Origin: Malacoraja senta
Lineage: Eukaryota
Assembly: GCA_038087875.1 (NCBI GenBank)
Contig: CM075998.1
Span: forward strand, 3,660,001 to 3,724,000
DNA: 64,000 nucleotides
Direction: 5' to 3'
Of the stretch, positions 12,035 through 25,597 are shown in pieces. The notes below the pieces were generated by a model. The model was given only the letters and a program-made list of their open reading frames with translations, was not told the DNA's origin and ran no database searches. The position numbers and the translations under genes were made by a program. Position 1 is the stretch's first letter. Each line of letters begins with the position of its first letter.

Positions 12035-12800
12035 AAAAGTTGCCCATCGGGTTCCTATTAAATCTTTCCCCTCTCACCTTAAATCCTTGCCCTCTGGTTC
12101 TTGATTCCCCATCTCTGTGTAAAAGACTCTGTGCATCTTCCTTATCTATTACCCTCATGATCGTATATACCTCAAGAAGATCACCTCTCATCCTCTTACG
12201 CTCCAAGGAATACAGTCCTAACCTGCCCATCGTCTCCTTGCAGCTCAAGCCCTCAAGTCCTGATAATCTCCGCATAAATTTTCTCTGCATTCTTTCCACC
12301 TTAACGACATCTTTCCTATAACAGGGTGACCAAAACTGAACACAATACTCCAACTGTGGCCTCACCAGCGCCTTGTACAGCTGTAACATAACATCCCAGC
12401 TTCTATACTCAAAACCCTGACTGGTGAAGGCCAATGTGCGAAAGCCTTCTTGACCAGCTTAACTACCTGTGACGCCACTTTTGAGGAACTACATACCTGT
12501 GCTTCCAGATTCCTCTGCTCTACCACCCTCCCAAGAGCCCTGACATTTACTGTGAAGGTCCTGCCCTGGTTAGACTTCCCCAAGTACAACACCTCACATT
12601 TATCTGCATTCAAACTCTATTCACCATTCCACTGCCCACTTGCCCATCTGATCAAGATCCTGGTGCAACCTTTGATAAGCATCTTTGCAGTCTACAATGC
12701 CCCTCACTTTAGTGTCGTCTGCAAACTTGCTAATCATGCTTTGTATGTTCTCATCAAAATCATTGATTTTAATGACAAACAACAATGTGGCCAGCACCAG
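12035..12800 (-). mobile_element. older CR1 LINE RT fragment
   Basis: ORFs with LYKALVRPQLEYCVQFWSP and NADKCEVLYLG, frameshifted. Confidence 0.88.
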
Positions 12801-13919
12801 ACCTTGGAGGCTGTAAATGTCTGAAAAGGAGGTTAAATGGAAGTCTTGAGATTAATAATTTCTCAATGCTTGTTTTGAATTATTTTAAGATCTATCCAAG
12901 AGGTATGCAAATGCATTGTGAATTAGATTCCAAAATAATTGGTGTTAATTTTGCATTAAGTTGCATGGGCTTGCAGGACTGATTCTTGATTCTATTTTAC
13001 ACACTTGGCCAGACATTTGGTATCTGCTTATGTGGGTGGCATTAGCGGAAGAATTAGCCTGGTTCTATCATTGAGTGACCAAATTAAACTTGCGTCCCAC
13101 TGTATGCAAATGACAGAAACCGCAGTTGGAAAAAATTTACTTCTGTTTATTTCTAGAACAGTTGACGTCATAGTCTCAGTTTATCGAGATATGTGCATGA
13201 AGAGAGGTTGATGTGCAAGATTGCTTGCAAAACTGAAATGTGTGATACGTTAAATGCTGGAATCGAAAGAAGAAACAAGACATTATTCATTGAAGAATGT
13301 ATAATATAGTTGGTCTAATGCATTAATTACTTCCAACTAATGAATACTATTTGAGGAGGTTTAAGGGGGAATTTGATAGACTACCTTCAAGATTATCAGT
13401 GATTGCAGGCCAGAGGTAGATGCCATCAAGTCACTAATAAATCCAATGGGAATTCTGGAGAAACGATCTTTACTACAGATTGGTTAATGTGAAACTTGCT
13501 ATCGGAGTGAGTGGTTGAGGTGAAAAGCATTAAAGCACTTCATTATACAAGTGAAAAAATAACACGGTTATTACTGGTGGAATTAGATGAGGGGACTCCT
13601 GGGGAGCATAAACAATGATAAGTTAGAACAAGTACTTGTTTTTTTGTGCTGGTTTTGATGCTCCAAGTTTTTCTTGTGGGGTTGGGGAAAGCTGGACAAA
13701 AAGAAAGATATTACTCGATTTCCTGCTGCACCTCTCATGAATGCTTGGACCAGGTTTCCCAATGAAGCTCATTGTGGATATTTCCTGTGACGACTAGATC
13801 TTTCTCTGACTGCGCCAAACAGGAAGTTGTGCATGTATGTGGCGAAATTGCCTAAATCCTCAGGGTATTCCACCCACCAGCCTCTATTCTGTGTCGTCTA
13901 ACTGCCTTTATTTCTTATT

Positions 13920-14198
13920 TTTAGTGTAGTTTAGCGATACAGTGCAGAAACAGGCCCTTTGACCCACCGGGTCTGTGCCAACCAGCGTACCCCGCGCATT
14001 AACACCATCCTACACACACTAGGGGCAATTTACACATGCACCAAGCAATACCTGTACGTCTTTGGAATGTGGGAGGAAACCGAATATCTCGGCGAAAACC
14101 CGCGCGGTCATGGGGAGAACGTAAAACTCCGTATAGACAGCACCCGTAGTCGGATCTAACCCGGATCTCAGGAGCTGCAAGTGCTGTAAGGCTACCGT
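13920..14198 (-). mobile_element. tRNA-derived SINE copy
   Basis: Reverse complement of the 28-324 family. Confidence 0.8.
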
Positions 14199-14477
14199 GC
14201 TGCCCACATTCTCTTCCATCTGCATGTTCCCCCGCCAATGTCCAAAACTCCTTACAAGAGCATGGGAGTTGCCCTCCAAACTACACACCATCCTGACTTG
14301 GAAATGTATCGCTGTTCCTTCGCCATCAGTGGGTCAAAATCCCGGAACTCTCTCCCTAACATCATTGAGGGAAAAGCCACTCCACAAGGACTGCAGTGGT
14401 ACAAGATGACAGCTCGCCACCACCTTCTCAAGCGCAACCAGGGATGGGCAGTTGAATTGTATTGTTATTGTATTATT

Positions 14478-14765
14478 ATTTAGTTCAGAGATACACAGAA
14501 ACCAGCCCTTTGGCCCGCCGAGTCCACGCCGACCCTCTATCACCCATTCACACTAGTTCTATATATCGCCCATGCACATCCACTCCCGACACACTTTGCA
14601 GGGGCCAATTGACCCACAAACCCATATGTCTGCGATGCGGGAGGATATACTGGAGGAAATTCATGCGATCACAGGGAGAACGTGCAAAATCCACACGGAA
14701 AGCACGTGAGGTCGGGCTCGAATCCGGGTTTCTGGCGCTGTGAGGCAGCAGTTCAACCAGCTGCT
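14478..14765 (-). mobile_element. tRNA-derived SINE copy (diverged)
   Basis: Reverse complement of the 28-324 family. Confidence 0.75.
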
Positions 14766-14954
14766 CTATCAGTGTGTGTAATTGTACATTTATTTGTTGT
14801 GTTTAATGTGCCTGTAACGCTGTAGCAACTAAGAATTTCATCGATCTGGTCATGACAATTAAACACTCTTGACTTTTGACTCGTTTCTGTGACTTGGCTA
14901 ACTGGTGGATAAACTTGCTGGAGAATTTTTGTTGTTGTCCTCAAATATCCTTAA

Positions 14955-15309
14955 GGGCCTGTCCCACTGTACGAGGTAATTCACGAGTTCTGCCGAGTTT
15001 TCCCCTGATTCTAACTTGGAGAATGTCCGTAGCGGGTCCGTAGGAGTTTGTGGATGTCTCGTAGCGGCTCGTACGAGTAAAAAGTAAGAATCTTTTTCAT
15101 CACGAGTATTTTTTTACTCGTGGACATTTTTCACAGTGTTGAAAAAACGTCATGAGTTTACCGGATTTCCCGAGTACCTACCGTTACTCGTACGAGCCGC
15201 TACGAGACATCCACGAACACCTACGGACCCGCTACGGACATTCTCTGAGTTCGAATCGGGGGAAAACTCGGGAGAACTCTTGAATTACCTCGTACAGTGG
15301 GACAGGCCC
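14955..15309. mobile_element. palindromic MITE with ~125-bp TIRs (PIF/Harbinger-like termini)
   Basis: GGGCCTGTCCCACTGTACGAGGTAATTCA ... TGAATTACCTCGTACAGTGGGACAGGCCC. Confidence 0.88.
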
Positions 15310-16641
15310 ATAAGTAGCATTCAAAGTTGACAAGTTCTTCTCTACAGCTTTATGCTTCAGTGAAAAAACACCGCTCTTCAGATCTTTACATTTATTCTTA
15401 ATTTTTTGTTCCTGTTTCTGCCTCGGGTGCAGGTGTTATTCTAGTGGTTCACCAAACATTGTGGCAATTACTTCTCAACTCGTGTGCTCCTATTTGCGGG
15501 CTGGCTTGCATGCATGCAGCACCAAATGTTTGTTGTAGATAAGAAGGTATATCAACATGCTTTATAATTTGTTGCAGTTGACTTTCAAAGTTGGCAGGAA
15601 TGATTTGTTTTGTAGCTAATGGCTGGTTTCAAGTTCCCCAAGTGCATTTCGTTAGCATTGCTTTATTTGCCAGCTGTGATGTGTCGTGAAAGGTTGCCTA
15701 TTTAGTCCATGGTGCTGCCAGTAAATATACATAGTAACTGCATCATTAATTTTTTTTAATTCATTGTGTCAGCCGTTTGTTGTGATAGCCAGGTAACCTC
15801 GAGTTGGAAGGCATTGCACAATAGTATGAGATTTGATCCCATGGTATTGTGTTAAAAGTACTGTCTATAGTTTCTGTAAAGGTCAAATCTACAATTGAAC
15901 CAGGCAAGAATAGATGTTGTTGCTCTAGCCTTCATTTTCGGACTACGGCTCCCATTCGGAGTTGGCATGATTGTACAATTCCACCTTCATGTCAAATCTC
16001 GTGACTGCTTTGCTGAAAGTGGCGAAGTGAATGGAAGGCATTTAATGTGTGTGCAACTCTGCTCCACAATTGCATTTCTGATGGAAATACCCTGATTCAA
16101 TTGACCAAAATTGCTGTGGTTTCTTTGATTTGGTTCTGTTTCCCCTTGCTCCTGAAATAGATGCCTTTTATTGTTGTTCGGTAGTGCAGTTGACTGTTGT
16201 GAGTCCTGACCCACATGCAACTCGTTGTTGAAAGTGTTATAAATCAGGGTAATGCATGTGTTTTGTATTGCTGTATCTGAAATAACTGTCCTGCTGTGCA
16301 CTGTATGTAACTGACATTTGATTGTTAATACTGTTTGTTATGCGTTAACAAAATGTTTTCGTGCCTTTTTTTTAGTTACTGGATCTGATTTAATTCACAA
16401 TGTGGATCCGGTTGTGGGGATACATTGTAACCTCGTGCTGAATTGAATAGAAACTGATTGAATAATTAAGTATTTCTCTTTCTACAGATACTGACTGACC
16501 TTCAGTGCATTTCTAGCACTTCAATTTAATTTAACACCACTTTTAAAACCAAATAAAAAATGTAAATTGCGGAAAAAGTTGCCCATCGGGTTCCTATTAA
16601 ATCTTTCCCCTCTCACCTTAAATCCTTGTCCTCTGGTTCTT

Positions 16642-17786
16642 AGAACATAGAAAATAGGTGCAGGAGTAGGCCATTCGGCCCTTCGAGCTGCACCACCATT
16701 TGATATGATCATGGGCTGATCATCCAACTCAGTATCCCATCCCTGCCTTCTCTCCATACCCCCTGATCCCCTTTAGCCACAAAGGGCCACATCTAACTCC
16801 CTCTTAAATATAGCCAATGAACTGGCCTCAACTACCTTCTGTGGCAGAGAATTCCACAGATTCACCACTCTCTGTGTAAAAAATGATTTCCTCATCTCGG
16901 TCCTAAAAGTCTTCCCTCTTATCCTTAACTGTGACCCCTAGTTCTGGACTTCCCCAACATCGGGAATAATCTTCCTGCATCTAGCCTGTCCAACCCCTTG
17001 AGAATTTTGTAAGTTTCTATAAGATCCCCACTCAGTCTTCTGAATTCCAACGTGTACAAGCCGAGTCTATCCAGTCTTTCCTCATATGAAAGTCCTGCCA
17101 TCCCAGGAATCAGTCTGGTGAACCTTCTCTGTACTCCCTCTATGGCAAGAATGTCTTTCCTCCGATTAGGAGACCAAAGCTGTACGCAATACTCCATGTG
17201 TGGTCTCACCAAGACCTGTACAACTGCAGTAGAACCTCCCTGCTCTTATACTCAAATCCTTTTGCTATGAATGCTACATACCATTTGCTTTCTTCACTGC
17301 CTGCTGCACCTGCATTCCTACATTCAATGACTGGTGTACCATGACACCCAGGTCTCGTTGCATCTCCCCTTTTCCTAATCGGCCACCATTCAGATAATAG
17401 TCTACATTCCTGTTTTTGCCACCTCACATTTATCCACATTATACTGCATCTGCCATGCCTTTGCCCACTCACCCAACCTATCCAAGTCACCTTGCAGCCT
17501 CCTAGCATCCTCCTCACAGCTAACACTGCCCCCAGCTTCGTGTCATCCGCAAACTTGGAGATGTTGCATTCAATTCCCTCATCCAGATCATTAATATATA
17601 TTGTAAATAGCTGAGGTCCATCACAGCCTTGCGGTACCCCACTAGTCACTGCCTGCCATCTGAAAAGGACCCGTTTACTCCTACACTTTGCTTCCTGTCT
17701 GCCAGCCAGTTCTCTATCCACATCAATACTGAACCCCAATACCATGTGCTTTAAGTTTGTATGCTAATCTCTAATATGGGACCTTG
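16642..17786 (-). mobile_element. 5'-truncated CR1 LINE (RT domain, FADDTKL)
   Basis: VTSGVPQG...FTIYINDLD...ISKFADDTKLG; short TCTT duplication at the ends. Confidence 0.93.
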
Positions 17787-18653
17787 TCTTGATTCCCCAT
17801 CTCTGTGTAAAAGACTCTTCCTTATCTATTACCCTCATGATCGTATACACCTCAAGAAGATCACCTCTCGTCCTCTTACGCTCCAAGGATACAGTCCTAA
17901 CCTGCCCATATCGATTGTTCACTCAAAATGTAAGCATTAATTTATTGTCAATATAAAGTGCTGATTAAAGTATAGAACCTAAAGGGAAATATGCCGTGCT
18001 TTATTTACACACCCTTTTTAATATATGGAACATCATGGTATGCCATCATGATAAAACAGCATTCCACATTATGTGTGCTGCAATTTGAATCCCTGTGCAA
18101 TGTTGTACACAGCTTATCCAATAGTGACATTGGTAGTTATTTGTGAAACTTTTCCTCCCATGTATAAACTTGACATGCAATAGCAGATGTGCCCAACCCA
18201 GTAGACTATGTGACTATGTTAGTCCTAGAAATGGATCTGCAATCAGGCATTATAAATCACTCCACTTTTACATCTCTTACCCCCCCCCCCCCCCACAAAG
18301 ACATTTCTTACTTTACCTATGATCCCTTCATCATTATGAATGGCTCGATTGTAATCATGTATTGTCTTCCGCTGTCTGGTTAGCACACCACAAAAGCTTC
18401 ACTGTACCTTGTTGCACGTGACGATAAACTAACTAAACATGTTAGGGGGGGTTTAGACACTGTCTGTGGAACTGTCAGGGTGGTGTTTCTCTTTCAGTGA
18501 CATTTTCTTGCATTTAGCAACAAAAGAAATGGCCACGTAGTCTTTCAAGCCTGCTTTGCCACTCATCATGATCTTGCTGACCCTGTGCCTTGTCCACTCC
18601 TTTGCCCATTCCTCGTGTACTCTAATTTAGTCTGCAGTGCAGTGTATTAACTT

Positions 18654-18853
18654 NNNNNNNNNNNNNNNNNNNNNNNNNNNNNNNNNNNNNNNNNNNNNNN
18701 NNNNNNNNNNNNNNNNNNNNNNNNNNNNNNNNNNNNNNNNNNNNNNNNNNNNNNNNNNNNNNNNNNNNNNNNNNNNNNNNNNNNNNNNNNNNNNNNNNNN
18801 NNNNNNNNNNNNNNNNNNNNNNNNNNNNNNNNNNNNNNNNNNNNNNNNNNNNN
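18654..18853. other. assembly gap (200 N)
   Basis: N-run. Confidence 1.
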
Positions 18854-18871
18854 GCATCTTGCCTTGTAAAG
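18854..18871 (+). CDS. os9: os9 exon 2, 3' remnant (ASCLVK); remainder in assembly gap
   Basis: GCA TCT TGC CTT GTA AAG|gtgaag directly after the N-run; matches the human exon-2 end APCLLK, phase 0. Confidence 0.8.
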
Positions 18872-19285
18872 GTGAAGTTATTGTTGTGAAGAAATTAAGC
18901 TGAATACCTGTGTTTTGAAGTGTTCTTTTAGACCCAAGCTTTGTTTCATGAAAAGTAAAATAATTAACCAGTCATTTCTGTTGCCTCCTGTTCCACATCA
19001 TCCCCTTACCAATCCCCCCCGTAACAAAAATATGAAGCATGAAGGTTCTATACCGTAAAATCAGAATGTACATGAACATTTTTGAAATGTTCCAAAAGAT
19101 GCCGTCCCTCCCTGAACCATCATTGAGTTATCTACCAGCTTTCTGGCAAGATTGGCATTTAATGCCAATCCCTAATTGCCCTTTAATAGATGCTAGTTTC
19201 CATGAACTGCAAACCCTATATGGGGAAGATACTTCCATGGGTAGATAGTTCAAGGATTTAGTCCCAACAATGATGAGAAGCAGTT

Positions 19286-21040
19286 ACATAGATACATAGA
19301 TACATAGATACATAGAAAATAGGTGCAGGAGTAGGCCATTCGGCCCTTCGAGCCTGCACCGCCATTCAATATGATCATGGCTGATCATCCAACTCAGTAT
19401 CCCGTACCTGCCTTCTCTCCATACCCCCTGATCCCCTTAGCCACAAGGGCCACATCTAACTCCCTCTTAAATATAGCCAATGAACTGGCCTCAACTACCC
19501 TCTGTGGCAGAGAGTTCCAGAGATTCACCACTCTCTGTGTGAAAAAGTTTTTCCTCATCTCGGTCTTAAAGGATTTCCCCCTTATCCTTAAGCTGTGACA
19601 CCTTGTCCTGGACTTCCCCAACATCGGGAATAATCTTCCTGCATCTAGCCTGTCCAACCCCATAAGAATTTTGTACGTTTCTATAAGATCCCCTCTCAAT
19701 CTCCTAAATTCTAGCGAGTATAAGCCAAGTCTATCCAGTCTTTCTTCATATGAAAGTCCTGACATCCCAGGAATCAGTCTGGTGAACCTTCTCTGCACTC
19801 CCTCTATGGCTATAATGTCCTTCCTCAGATTTGGAGACCAAAACTGTACGCAATACTCCAGGTGTGGTCTCACCAAGACCCTGTAGAACTACAGTAGAAC
19901 CTCCCTGCTCCTATACTCAAATCCTCTTGCTATGAAAGCCAACATACCATTCGCTTTCTTCACTGCCTGCTGCACCTGCATGCCTACTTTCAATGACTGG
20001 TGTACCATGACACCCAGGTCTCGCTGCATCTCCCCATTTCCTAATCGGCCACCATTTAGATAATAGTCTGCCTTCCCGTTTTTGCCACCAAAGTGGATAA
20101 CCTCACATTTATCCACATTATACTGCATCTGCCAAACATTTGCCCACTCACCCAGCCTATCCAAGTCACCTTGCAGTCTCCTAGCATCCTCCTCACAGCT
20201 AACACTGCACCCCAGCTTAGTGTCATCCGCAACTTGGAGATGTTGCTTTGAATTCCCTCGTCCAGATCATTAATATAAATTGTAAATAGCTGGGGTCCAG
20301 CACTGAGCCTTGCGGTACCCCACTAGTCACTGCCTGCCATTGTGAAAATGGCCCGTTTACTCCTACTCTTTGCTTCCTGTTTGCCAGCCAGTTCTCTATC
20401 CACATCAATACTGAACCCCCAATACCGTGTGATTTAAGTTTGTATCCTAATCTCTTATGTGGTACCTTGTCGAAAGCCTTCTGAAAGTCCAGATACAACA
20501 CATCCACTGGTTCTCCCCTATCCACTCTACTAGTTACATCCTCGAAAAATTCTATAAGATTCGTCAGACACGATTTACCTTTCGTAAATCCATGCTGACT
20601 TTGTCCAATGATTTCACCACTCTCCAAATGTGCTGCTATCCCATCTTTAATAACTGACTCTAGCAGTTTCCCCACTACCGATGTTAGACTAATTCCCCGT
20701 TTTCTCTCTCCCTCCCTTCTTAAAAAGTGGGGTTACGTTTGCTACCCTCCAATCCTCAGGAACTACTCCAGAATCTAAAGAGTTTTGAAAAATTATCACT
20801 AATGCATCCACTATTTCTGGAGCTACTTCCTTAAGTACTCTGGATGCAGCCTATCTGGCCCTGGTGATTTATCGGCCTTTAATCCATTCAATTTACCCAA
20901 CACCACTTCCCGACTAACCTGGATTTCACTCAGTTCCTCTATCTCCTTTGACCCGCGGCCCCCTGCTATTTCCGGCAGATTATTTATGTCTTCCTTAGTG
21001 AAGACGGAACCAAAGTAGTTATTCAATTGGTCCGCCATAT
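19286..21040 (-). mobile_element. young 5'-truncated CR1 LINE, 1.75 kb, frameshifted RT
   Basis: KSPGPD, QHGFTKGKSCLTNL, YLDFQKAFDKV, GVPQGSVL; (ACATAGAT)n tail; CAGTT TSD at 19281 and 21041. Confidence 0.95.
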
Positions 21041-21109
21041 CAGTTGTGTATTTCCCTGTGGGAGTGATGCTTGATATGTTGATGTGTTTATCTTTCTATT
21101 CCCTTGCAG

Positions 21110-21173
21110 GTCAAGGAATGGTGGACTTACGAATTTTGCTACGGGCAGTATATCAAGCAGTATCACACAGAAG
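21110..21173 (+). CDS. os9: os9 exon 3 (VKEWWTYEFCYGQYIKQYHTE; MRH WW motif)
   Basis: ttgcag|...GAAG|gtaaat, 64 nt. Confidence 0.96.
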
Positions 21174-22761
21174 GTAAATACAAAAGCTCATATTGATAGC
21201 CAAATTTTGAATCTCTTTAAATTGGTTTTTCTGAAATGTGTGCTTTGTCAACAAAGTCAGCACTTATTGCCATCCCAAGTTGCACTTGAGAAGTTGATAG
21301 TGAGCTGCAGCATTGAACCGCTATAGTCCTCCTAACTGCTTCAGTAGATTATTTTTACATTTGTATTTTTTCTCTCATTCTCTTCCTTGAATTTGTTACT
21401 ACCTTGACATGGGATGGGGGCAGAAGGCCAGGATTGGGCTATGACATTCCGGCAACATCCTGGGATTTCAGATTATTCTGTCCATGTTAGCCCATCCCAC
21501 AACTTTTTTTATTTTTCTCTATTTTCATCCCGCAATCACCAAACCTGTGATTTTCAAATTGACTCTATAATCTGAGTCTCAAGACTGACTTTTTGATGTA
21601 TTCTAGAAATGAGTTACTAGGAATTAAATGTTTTCAATACTCAGTTGCAGAAACTAAACTAATCCTAGTCTAACATTTAAGCTGTTATTATTTGTATCAA
21701 AATAAGCAGCACCAGAATCTGTGTAAAGTTTATGTGCATTGATGAGATCGACAGAAATAACCGCTGTAAAAACAAGACAAAAACATGTTTTTATTAACAT
21801 ACATTCTGCACTCTTCAAACTTTGAGTGTGCAGTGTTAATAGAAATTGGTTTCGAAGTGTCTTTTCAAAGCTGGAAAGTTGAGCTGTAGAAATAAACGAA
21901 TTATATAAATTGTGGTATTTGGCGGCAAGAGATTCTTGGCAACTCGTTTTTTACTCGGTGCTTGTGCAAGGATAATCTTGCAATCCCACCCCAACCTAAT
22001 TCTTTCCCCCTCCCACCCCCCCCACTGAGGTTGCACCCATCTACAGTAAGAAGGGTAAGTATGAGAGCACAATTCTGCTCTAATTCTTTGAAGTAATTCC
22101 CAAGGCATACAGGCTTGTTATATTGCAAAGCTAAAAATACTTGTGATACAAGACTGACTTTAAAAAAACAAAAACAGTTTGCCTATTCTTACTGTGTGTC
22201 CGAATGTTTGCTAGAGCTATTGAGTAGAATAGTGAACTGCAGTTTGTCCTCTTTTTAAGTTAAAAATCTGCATTATACATCAAGGCTGCTGCTGTGCAGT
22301 TTAGCTAATGAACCAAAATTCAGAGCGCTGGCAATCAGGCAAAGCACTACATCTGCAGTGTTGCTCAAGACACATTTACAACTAGATTTCTGGCCAAAAA
22401 TCTACCCACGTATTTGGGGAAATCTCTGCATGGGCCAGGAATGTTTTTAAAAACTGCGATGCTGATCTCCTGACAGGCACGTTGTTCAGAGGCGAGAACA
22501 AAATGGTGATTGGGGGCAAAGTACTGGATGTAACAAGTGACTAGAAAGGAACAGCCTCTGAAAGGTAGTTTCCATGCTGCAGAAGTCATGTTGTATAACA
22601 GCAACTGCTTTGTGTTAAAGTATGGCTGAAAGAATTGAAGTTGCCTACATTGCCAGCTTCAGGATCAATGCCGTGTTTGTCCAACACTGCATAAAGTTCT
22701 CATTTGTAACTCTACTTTCAAGATGGAGTTTGCATTTTAGCTGTAATTTTCTTGTGTTCAG

Positions 22762-22838
22762 ATTCTGAAGTTAAAGGAGATGTGATGTATCTTGGGTTTT
22801 ATGAATCTGAATTTGACTGGAGCAATGAAACTGCAAAG
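22762..22838 (+). CDS. os9: os9 exon 4 (DSEVKGDVMYLGFYESEFDWSNETAK)
   Basis: ttcag|...AAG|gtaagg, 77 nt. Confidence 0.96.
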
Positions 22839-23114
22839 GTAAGGATAAATTCAAATCCTAGGTAGGCTCGTCTGGTGTCATTCTATTATTGGTGGCAGTA
22901 GATCAAAACTTTAAATGCTGTTATTTGGACTTGCTCAAGCCAAATTGCTTTGACTACTAACCTTATACAGGTTATGAGTGAATAACTCTACCCAGTTTTA
23001 TTCTTTGGGTTTTATTTATAAATTCATTTTTATTTGCTCTGAACATTTATTGTTGACCATAAGATTTTAAAATGGGATGTCAACTTTGGTGGTTGTTCTT
23101 CCCTTTGGAATTGG

Positions 23115-23478
23115 AAATTCATGTGTTCGAGCCCCATGCAAGGCTTGCGCATGTACTCTGGGCTGACTTTTCAGGACTGTACAGTGGGAATGGTGCACTA
23201 TTGGAGTACCTTTGGAAAAATGTGTTAAACAGGGGGCCACTTCTGCCAGGAAGTGTTATGGAGTCCTGACCCATATTCATCTCGTAACCAAAGTAATTAA
23301 AACAAATGATCTGGTCATTTATCTTATTGCAGTTTGTGGGACATTGAGGTTTGTGGGAACTTGCTGTGCGCAAATCGGCTGCGACTTTTTATTTTGCATT
23401 ACAATAATGACTGCAAATCAAAAGTACTTTATTGCTGTGAGATGCATGAATGGCGCTATATAAATAAAAGTTCTTTCC
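23115..23478 (+). mobile_element. Deu-domain-like SINE (SacSINE/AmnSINE-related) with L2-like tail
   Basis: gttcgagccc B-box relic; gatctggtcatttatc..ttgc.gtttgtggga..ttgctgtgcgcaaat.ggctg; ggcgctatataaat tail. Confidence 0.65.
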
Positions 23479-24361
23479 TGCACGTAATGGTTGTCTATCA
23501 CGATTATTGCATTTCTGAATTATGCGCAAATATCTATCTCTCGCATCCTTGCATAAATGCAAATGTTGTCCTGTTATAATTTGCTTTGAAGCCCTGGAAG
23601 TACATAGCACAATAAGGTAAGATCACAGGATGTGCCAATTTGTCGCACCCTGTAATTGTGTAGGGATTAACTTGTTTGTTTGTGGATGCGGACTGTGAAT
23701 GGTGCATTTAATTTTTTTTAAAGTACTCTGTAACAAAAATGCCTCGAGTCAAATAATAAGCTGGTCCACTAGTCTCCCAAAATGTTGCCTTCTCTCACCC
23801 ATTCCTCAATGGGTGCTTTTGTTCAGAAACTAAAAGTTATGATCAGATAGCTTTCAAATACAAATTGCCTTTATTGTCATTTAAACAAACAGAGGTCTGA
23901 ACGAAATGTTGTTCCCCCGCAGTCATAGTAAAATAAACATAACACAGAATTAGCACAGTTTCACACAGACATCCATCACAGTGGATCTCCAAACACCTCC
24001 TCACTGTGATGGAAGGCAAAAGTCTTATCTCTTCCCTGTTCGTTGTGATTTTCTAATAACAATGATATTCTAATAAAAAAAAACAATTCCCAGCTGAAGG
24101 GATTGGGTGACTTGCCAAGACTCAAGAACTTGGATGTTAAGTGATTAATTTAGCCAAGACATGAAGTATAGCTGGTGCCCATGGAATTGAGCCCAGTAAA
24201 AAAGAGAAAGCTATCTGTGCAGTTTGCCTCCAATGACTGCATGGTTAATTTAATTGATTACCGATTATGAGTTCAACAGATTAAATGATATAACTAATAC
24301 AAATAATTTGCAGTTATAAAGTCTTGCATACCTTTTTTTTGAAAATCCCTTTTATTTACAG

Positions 24362-24460
24362 GCTTCAAAGCAGCACAAATTGAAGAGGTATCATAGTCAG
24401 ACTTACGTGAATGGATCCAAGTGTGACTTGAATGAAAAACCAAGAGAGGCTGAAGTGAGA
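24362..24460 (+). CDS. os9: os9 exon 5 (ASKQHKLKRYHSQTYVNGSKCDLNEKPREAEVR)
   Basis: tttacag|...AGA|gtaagt, 99 nt. Confidence 0.97.
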
Positions 24461-25597
24461 GTAAGTTTACAGTTTACCTTCGAAACTGGTTTAAGAAAAA
24501 AAACTAAAATCCTGTTATACTTAATTAGTTACTTGTGTTCAGAGTTAAAGGATAAAATTCTGCTCGGTTTGAATCCCAAATCAGCTTTCTTTTTGGATGT
24601 ATTTTGACTTTGGTGTTACTTTCGAGTGACTTTTTAATATCATTGCCATTAAATGGTGTATGAGAGTGGTACTTGGAACACATAATCTCGTTAAATGCAG
24701 GACTTTTTAGTTGTCATTATTCTGGGTCACTATTTGGGGTCGGCTCAAGCACTAAGGAAAAAGTGCATGAAGGTGAGGGCAGCATCAGATCAGAGTAGGT
24801 ATAAGAAGCAAACACTGGAGAGAGCTAGATAGGGCTCTTAAAAATAGCGGAGTCAGGGGATATGGGGAGAAGGCAGGAACGGGGTACTGATTGGGGATGA
24901 TCAGCCATGATCACATTGAATGGCGGTGCTGGCTCGAAGGGCCGAATGGCCTACTCCTGCACCTATTGTCTATTGTCTATTGTAACTCAAAGTCAAGCAG
25001 CAAATGTGGAAAGAGAAACCAGTTTGGACGAAGGGTCCTTGACCTGAATCTTTTCACTGGTTTCTCGTTCCAATGATGCTACGCGTCATTTTTTGTTCCT
25101 GATTCCAGCATTTGTTCCCTTGATTAAGTACAACATGAGAGGAATGACCGTGCCATGGCAGCCTACCTTGACTTGAACCCAAGAATGAAATGTCACCCTA
25201 TGTTATCAATGTAGGATGTATATATTTTTAAAAAATCTTAAACCACTACAATACTAAACGACCAACCCGCGTGTAAATCCTAGCAGAGCAAATTGAGAAA
25301 TAAAATACAATAAATCCCAGTGATTTTTAAACTGGCATCTGGTGAATAGCCATTGAATTCTGTATTGTTATAAAAATTCAACTACTTCCTAAATATCCAA
25401 AAGTTTCAGAGGCTGCTGTTTGGGCATGTCCCCCTGGTGTTTGGAGAAGCTGAAATGGTGAGTTGCTTCAAAGGAGGGAGTATTGATGATGTTTGCTTGG
25501 TGGGTAAATATACTGTTCAAATGATATTGATTTTACTAATCACTAATTTCACTCTGCGAACTAAGTTCTCTTTGTTTTATTGTTTTTTTTTAAATAG

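Noticed and set aside
18627..18903. Poly-X ORFs here and at 54771-55180
   Set aside because: Artefacts of N gaps
19394..21038. Intact autonomous reverse transcriptase gene
   Set aside because: 5'-truncated with no endonuclease, and split by frameshifts into at least four ORFs
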